Origin: a virus
DNA length: 64,000 nt
Strand: one strand, 5' to 3'
IMG/VR virus record: IMGVR_UViG_3300024324_000425
Coordinates: 15,561 to 79,560 of that record
In this document: piece by piece, positions 59,033-64,000 of the stretch
Layout: each line of letters begins with the position of its first letter
How positions within the stretch are numbered: position 1 is the first letter of the stretch
Made by a program: the position numbers and the translations under genes
Notes under the pieces: model-generated
What the model was told of the DNA's origin: nothing
What the model saw: the letters and a program-made list of their open reading frames with translations, nothing else
Databases searched by the model: none

Positions 59033-59293
59033 TTTGGTAATTTATTACCATTTACTATTGATTGGAGTTATGATACACGGTGGTTCGAACCCACCCATCT
59101 CCACCAAAAGTGTATTATTAACAGTATGCTTTTGATGGGGATGACTTGGAATCGACATCGTAACAGAAGGTTAATAGTTGTAAGACCCAAAGTAAACGCT
59201 AACGCAAATACTTACGCAATCGCAGCCTGATAGGCATAGTGTGATTTGAGGATTTAGGCAGGATGAACCTTATAACCAAATCATCCTCCACCA
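59033..59293 (+). ncRNA. ssrA: circularly permuted (two-piece) tmRNA
   Basis: T-arm GGTGG-TTCGAAC-CCACC and CATCTCC-ACCA (59079-59106) precede GGGGATG (59137); G3.U70 pair; tag ORF ANANTYAIAA-stop at 59198-59230; outer ends approximate. Confidence 0.92.
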
Positions 59294-59340
59294 AATTATA
59301 GTATATATAGATTGATTGATTAATTTACAGGAATGATTAA

Positions 59341-59595
59341 ATGAACCACAATATTATATGGACAACTAACTACTGTCCATTTTGTGACAAAGCAAAGAGG
59401 CTTTTAGACAAAGCTAACATTGAATATGAAACACGGCTAGTTGATGAAGTGCAATGGACTAAAGCTGACTTACTAACATTAGCGCCTAACGCTACAACAT
59501 ACCCGCAAATCTTTTTAAACGATAACCATATTGGTGGTTCTGACGAATTAGAAGCATATCTATTTTTAGAGGAGACTTCTTTCGATGATCTGTAG
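59341..59595 (+). CDS. glutaredoxin
   Basis: CPFC, TYPQIF, IGG. Confidence 0.93.
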   Translation: MNHNIIWTTNYCPFCDKAKRLLDKANIEYETRLVDEVQWTKADLLTLAPNATTYPQIFLNDNHIGGSDELEAYLFLEETSFDDL

Positions 59596-59743
59596 AGAGT
59601 GTAATACAGAATATGAAGTTCTAGTTGATGTTGATGTTAAAGAAATGGTATCAACTGCTGAAATGGACATGGACACACCCTACTGCCCTTTCTGTGGTGA
59701 AGAGCAGGAGTGGCGAGATGGATTCGACGAAGTGGACGTATAA
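59585..59743 (+). CDS. small zinc-ribbon protein (52 aa, not in the ORF track)
   Basis: MICREC...YCPFCG; GAGGAG RBS. Confidence 0.7.
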   Translation: MICRECNTEYEVLVDVDVKEMVSTAEMDMDTPYCPFCGEEQEWRDGFDEVDV

Positions 59744-60164
59744 AGGAGAAGAGTTTACTTCAGAAGATGTTGGTGAGTACTATGGGTTTATCTACCGCAT
59801 CACTAATCTTAGTAATGGACACGACTATCTTGGGAGAAAATATTTTAAAAGTAAGAGAAAACTTAAGCCTCTCAAAGGTAAAAAGAATAAAAGACACCGG
59901 ATAGTTGAAACTGACTGGAAAGACTACTATGGTTCATCAAAAAGATTGTTAGAAGACATTGAAGAGTTAGGAAAGGAAAACTTTACAAGAGAAATCATAG
60001 AGCTATGTACTACAAGAGGTAATACAAACTATGCGGAATTGGTATGGCAAGTAAATGAAGAAGTGTTATTGAGAGAAGATTCTTATAATGGTATTATTGC
60101 TATTAAGATAGGGGTTGGATCAGTTAAAAATTATATAATGGAGAAAGAAGATGGTAATAGTTGA
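59718..60164 (+). CDS. GIY-YIG endonuclease
   Basis: GFIYRITN...YLGRK, YYGSS, F.REII; start reassigned to ATG 59718. Confidence 0.85.
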   Translation: MDSTKWTYKGEEFTSEDVGEYYGFIYRITNLSNGHDYLGRKYFKSKRKLKPLKGKKNKRHRIVETDWKDYYGSSKRLLEDIEELGKENFTREIIELCTTRGNTNYAELVWQVNEEVLLREDSYNGIIAIKIGVGSVKNYIMEKEDGNS

Positions 60165-61011
60165 TTATAATGGTATAGGCATTGGTTCTATAATGGGCCA
60201 ATTGGGTAGAGGAGAAGAGTTAAGTGAAGAGCTTATTCGTCACGTAATTTTAAATAACTTACGCTCATACCGAGTTAAGTATCCTGAACATACCTACGGT
60301 CGGATGGTTATTGCATGTGATTCACGATCGTGGCGTAGAGATGTATTCCCTGAATATAAAGCTGCACGTACTACAAGTAAAATTGATGATGGTAAAGACT
60401 GGACGGAGATTTTTAGAATCTTAGATGTAGTTACTAATGATATCCGTGAGAACTTCCCGTATGCGGTGATTCGAGTAGAGAGTGCTGAAGCTGATGATAT
60501 CATTGGTGCCTTGGTAGTCCACAAATCTGAGCCTCTTACAGGTGAGAAGATTGTTATTATTTCTGCTGATAAAGACTTTATTCAATTGCATCACCAAGGT
60601 CAAGTAATTCAATATAGTCCTATGCAACAAAAGATGGTTAAACCTGAATCTACGTCTCAACGATATGCATTTGAACATCTTATGAAAGGTGATTCGGGTG
60701 ATGGTGTTCCAAATGTGTTAAGCCCTGATAACTCTTTCACTGATAAGATTAGACAAACCCCAATGAGAAAGAAACTACTAGACGAATGGTGGAATCATAA
60801 AGATGATCTTAAAGCTATTATGCCTGAAGAAGCATTTAGAAATTATATGAGAAATAGAGAAGTGATTGATCTAGATAGAACACCACAAAAGATTAAAGAT
60901 GAATCGATTAAACAATACGAAACGTATAAATACCCTAAAGCAGGAAGTGTTTTAAACTTCTTGATTGAAAAACGAATGAATTTATTAATTGAATGTGCCG
61001 GAGAGTTTTAG
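60151..61011 (+). CDS. rnh: RNase H / 5'-3' exonuclease (T4 rnh)
   Basis: WRR..FPEYKA.R, EADDIIG, SADKDF.QL, GDSGDGVPN. Confidence 0.94.
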   Translation: MVIVDYNGIGIGSIMGQLGRGEELSEELIRHVILNNLRSYRVKYPEHTYGRMVIACDSRSWRRDVFPEYKAARTTSKIDDGKDWTEIFRILDVVTNDIRENFPYAVIRVESAEADDIIGALVVHKSEPLTGEKIVIISADKDFIQLHHQGQVIQYSPMQQKMVKPESTSQRYAFEHLMKGDSGDGVPNVLSPDNSFTDKIRQTPMRKKLLDEWWNHKDDLKAIMPEEAFRNYMRNREVIDLDRTPQKIKDESIKQYETYKYPKAGSVLNFLIEKRMNLLIECAGEF

Positions 61012-61012
61012 G

Positions 61013-61408
61013 ATGGAAATATACGAAGTATTAGAAGCAGTAGAAGCAGCTTTAACAAGAGAAGATAAAATGAAAGTGATTGCTAATAACGATAGTCTTG
61101 GTTTGCGCGATATATTAAAAGTTAACTTTAATAAAAAAATTAAGTTAAACATTGATAAAGGTGTTAATTGGACTCCATCAGAAACACATACTCAATCGTT
61201 AAAGGATATTACAAAACATTTACCAGCGTTAACCAACACTGAACTTGATAAAGCTAGAGCAACTAAATCATTTAAAGCTATGCTTGAACAAATCCACCCA
61301 ATGGACGCTCAAGTATTACAAAATGCTGCTAAAGGTAAATTAAAATATAAAGGATTAACATCAGCATTAGTTGAAGAAGTATATGGAAATAAATTTATCT
61401 CTAAATGA
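61013..61408 (+). CDS. conserved T4-like hypothetical protein
   Basis: IYEVLE...K...L.DIL..NF, F..MLE.IHP.DA. Confidence 0.7.
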   Translation: MEIYEVLEAVEAALTREDKMKVIANNDSLGLRDILKVNFNKKIKLNIDKGVNWTPSETHTQSLKDITKHLPALTNTELDKARATKSFKAMLEQIHPMDAQVLQNAAKGKLKYKGLTSALVEEVYGNKFISK

Positions 61409-61480
61409 TTTTGCTATAATCACAGTATTTCTTATAGCAATTTGCTGTTTTTATTATTGTGCCACACATCTAAATGAATA

Positions 61481-61732
61481 ATGCCAGTATATAACTTCGA
61501 ACATAATAAAACTAAAGAAATTTGGGAAGACACTATGCCTTACGCAGATAAAGCTGCTTATATGGAAGAACATAATTGTCGTACAATATTCTTAACAACC
61601 CCTACGTTCGCTCGATCTTCGGGTGATCTCTATTCAAACACCAATGATGACTTCAAGGCTAAAATGAAAGGCCTTAAGAAACACTATCCAACTAAAGGTC
61701 CTAATAGAGCTTCAGGCTTAGATAATTGGTAA
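61481..61732 (+). CDS. FmdB-like small protein (Cys-less variant)
   Basis: MPVYNFE...T.E N-terminus. Confidence 0.55.
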   Translation: MPVYNFEHNKTKEIWEDTMPYADKAAYMEEHNCRTIFLTTPTFARSSGDLYSNTNDDFKAKMKGLKKHYPTKGPNRASGLDNW

Positions 61733-61748
61733 AATAGTTTAAATAACG

Positions 61749-61778
61749 GTGTACTTTTACTGTGTTTTGTGTTATAAT
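61749..61778 (+). promoter_or_regulatory. early promoter
   Basis: GTGTAC-N18-TATAAT. Confidence 0.85.
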
Positions 61779-61806
61779 AGATATATTACAACAACAATAA
61801 TACACT

Positions 61807-62475
61807 ATGTTTAAACATGAACCGATTGATTTAGGCTATGCTGATCTAGTATCATGCACAAAGGATACTGGTAGAACCTATACAACCCCACCAAATGAAC
61901 ACGGTAGAAATACCTATCCATCTATCACTACAATTTTAGGCATACAGTCTAAAGAAGCTATTGAAGCTTGGAAGAAGCGAGTCGGTGAAGATGTTGCTCG
62001 CCAAATAGGTTATCGTGCTAGTACCCGCGGGACAGCCGTTCATGAAATGGCAGAGAAATATGTTAACAACGATCCTATGTGGGGTGTAGCAATGCCTAAT
62101 ATTCTTGCAGACTTCATGCCTATTAAACCTATCCTTGACGAGAGACTATCACTTGTATATGGACAAGAGCTTGCATTATATTCTGACCATTTAAAACTTG
62201 CTGGACGAGTAGATTGTGTTGGAGTATTTGATGGTAAGATTTCTATTATTGATTATAAGACTAGTAAGAAGACCAAGAAGTTTGAGTGGGTTAAAAATTA
62301 CTTCATCCAAGAAACATTTTATGCTATTGCTTGGGAAGAGAGAACAGGTATACCTATTAAACAATTAGTTACTATTATCGCGGTGGATGATGCTGAACCT
62401 CAAGTGTTTATTGAAGATCGTGATAATTGGGATAAGGAATTAGAGAGATGCATTAAGGAGTTTCATGAACAATAA
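61807..62475 (+). CDS. PD-(D/E)xK exonuclease
   Basis: YPSITTIL, RGTAVH, AGRVDC, IIDYKTS, Q..FYA. Confidence 0.88.
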   Translation: MFKHEPIDLGYADLVSCTKDTGRTYTTPPNEHGRNTYPSITTILGIQSKEAIEAWKKRVGEDVARQIGYRASTRGTAVHEMAEKYVNNDPMWGVAMPNILADFMPIKPILDERLSLVYGQELALYSDHLKLAGRVDCVGVFDGKISIIDYKTSKKTKKFEWVKNYFIQETFYAIAWEERTGIPIKQLVTIIAVDDAEPQVFIEDRDNWDKELERCIKEFHEQ

Positions 62476-62562
62476 AATAGACTTATGCGCTACGTGCACT
62501 AGAGCTCATAAAGACGGTTGTCCTATATGGCCAACTCTTAGAATCACACAGGAGTGCGTTGA

Positions 62563-62680
62563 ATATATCCCTTTGGAGATATAAAACCATATCTCTAAAT
62601 AATCTGAAATTAGGCAGCTTTTACCTGTACTTTTACTCCAACTTATGGTATAATAGAACTATAAACAATAAAAAAGGAAG
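62563..62680 (+). repeat. promoter cassette copy 3
   Basis: ATATATCCCTTTGGAGATATAAAACCATATCTCT, CTGTAC -35, identical 37-bp block at 62644-62680. Confidence 0.85.
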
Positions 62681-62686
62681 TAAAAA

Positions 62687-63058
62687 ATGAAAAAGATAAA
62701 AGAGTTTAATAAAGCAACATTAGTAGAATTTCGTAACGAATTGAATGATCTATTAGCAAAATATGAAAAGAAGTCTGGTGTTGAATTGCAATCTAAAGGT
62801 ATTAGGTATACATCAAATACTATTACAGTATCTGTTGAAGGTAAACTTACCGGTACACAATCTAAAGACGTTAAAGCTTTAGAATTATTTACTAAGTTTA
62901 AAGAGAATGATATCATTGATATTAATCAACTAGGTAAAGTTAAGGTTGTTGGATATAACGTTAAAGCTAAAAAATATCCATATATTGTTGAAGCAACGAA
63001 TGGTAAACAATACAAATTATCACATAATCAAGTTGAAGCTAGAAGAGGTATTGCATAA
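62687..63058 (+). CDS. hypothetical early protein
   Basis: follows the repeated promoter/RBS block. Confidence 0.7.
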   Translation: MKKIKEFNKATLVEFRNELNDLLAKYEKKSGVELQSKGIRYTSNTITVSVEGKLTGTQSKDVKALELFTKFKENDIIDINQLGKVKVVGYNVKAKKYPYIVEATNGKQYKLSHNQVEARRGIA

Positions 63059-63342
63059 TGAAAAGATATTCAAATAGTTTTGTAGGTACTTTTGATCCTA
63101 CTGATGAAAAGATTGCAGAGATTAGAAAGACAATATCTGTAGCCAATAAGAAAACTGGTTCTAAATTGTATGTTAAATTAGCTGGTCGTGGAATCGATCG
63201 AATCGCTAAGATGACAAAATATTACATGCAGAAAGATAATGTAGACGAAAAAAGAGCGAGTTACTTCGCAAGATACAACGCTCAATCATATATTCCAATC
63301 TCTCTTGCAACAACAGTGGACGTATACATTTATGAAAGATAA
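63058..63342 (+). CDS. hypothetical protein
   Basis: translationally coupled ORF. Confidence 0.6.
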   Translation: MKRYSNSFVGTFDPTDEKIAEIRKTISVANKKTGSKLYVKLAGRGIDRIAKMTKYYMQKDNVDEKRASYFARYNAQSYIPISLATTVDVYIYER

Positions 63343-63913
63343 TATAATTTTAGTTGACTGTGATGGAGTCCTATTAGATTGGGAACCATACTTCTTCAAC
63401 TACGTTAAAGATAGACATGATTTAGAGGTGAAACACCCTAATGAATATAATGTCGGTAAAGCCTTAGATATTCTCCCCGCTGAAGGTCACCGCTTAGTTG
63501 GTCAATTCAATTCTTCTGCTCACATGGCTAACTTAGGTCCATTACGTGACGCTGTTAAATATGTACGCAAGTTATATACTGATCATGGTTATAGGTTTCA
63601 TGTAATCACTAGTCAAACATCGGATGATGCTGCTAAGGAATTTCGTAAGTATAACTTAGAAACATTGTTCGGTAAGGAAGTCTTTGAAGGTATTACTATA
63701 TTAGGTCAAGGCGATGATAAAGATAAAGAATTAGCTAAGTGGAAAGACTCTGGTTGTTATTGGGTGGAAGATAAGCCTACCAATATCAAACATGGTTTTG
63801 AAGCTGGATTAAATCCTATCTTAGTAGCCCATGAACATAATATTAATGATTATGGTGATATCAGAGTTCAAGGTTGGAAAGAAATTTATAATAAAATAAC
63901 AGGAGAAGTATAA
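63332..63913 (+). CDS. HAD-superfamily 5'-nucleotidase-like protein (T4 30.2-like)
   Basis: DCDGVLLDW, ITS, K, WVEDK; start reassigned to ATG 63332. Confidence 0.85.
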   Translation: MKDNIILVDCDGVLLDWEPYFFNYVKDRHDLEVKHPNEYNVGKALDILPAEGHRLVGQFNSSAHMANLGPLRDAVKYVRKLYTDHGYRFHVITSQTSDDAAKEFRKYNLETLFGKEVFEGITILGQGDDKDKELAKWKDSGCYWVEDKPTNIKHGFEAGLNPILVAHEHNINDYGDIRVQGWKEIYNKITGEV

Positions 63914-64000
63914 TGGTAGTATTATGTGTAATAATTTTAACTATTGTGGCATTTGGTTTGGGCTATGTAGTTGCAAGTGCAAGTATAAATTGGGAAACTA

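Noticed and set aside
59079-59106. Stand-alone tRNA gene
   Set aside because: No D-arm or anticodon arm upstream; it pairs with the downstream GGGGATG as the tmRNA acceptor piece
61807-62475. CRISPR-associated Cas4
   Set aside because: It lacks the Fe-S cysteine cluster and any CRISPR context; it is a common phage exonuclease
1947-62916. Many minus-strand and nested ORFs in the track (e.g. 13130-13531, 17445-17807, 25301-25813, 40117-40536)
   Set aside because: They are shadows of well-supported plus-strand genes, with no motifs or RBS

Overview
This is an AT-rich segment of a large T4-like myovirus genome (marine cyanophage/pelagiphage-like gene order), almost entirely on the + strand. In order it carries: a sugar-modification cluster; phoH; putative internal head proteins; the neck, terminase, tail and head module (gp13-gp23, gp3); uvsY/uvsW; gp55/47/46; a CobT-like/CobS-like pair; the replisome (gp45/44/62, regA, hsp20, gp43); a cytosine-modification operon (DUF5664-like NTPase, dCMP hydroxymethylase, alpha-glucosyltransferase, C5-methyltransferase-like protein); uvsX, gp41, thyX and dCMP deaminase; a late-expressed enzyme cassette; nrdAB; a single-Cys DsrC/TusE; and glutaredoxin, GIY-YIG nuclease, RNase H and an exonuclease. 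The DsrC/TusE suggests a sulfur-oxidising gammaproteobacterial host such as SUP05 (inference). Non-coding features are a tRNA(CAU), a circularly permuted two-piece tmRNA, about 13 early promoters (GTGTAC-N18-TATAAT), many TATAAATA late promoters and a triplicated promoter cassette. The most striking candidates are: (1) a late cassette of kinase, nuclease-like, ligase-like and HIGH-nucleotidyltransferase proteins that all carry T4-type capsid-targeting N-termini, next to a RimK-protease fusion; (2) the permuted tmRNA; (3) a C5-MTase inside a glucosyl-hmC operon; (4) a head polyprotein punctuated by protease sites. All protein assignments come from motif recognition and synteny, not from database searches.
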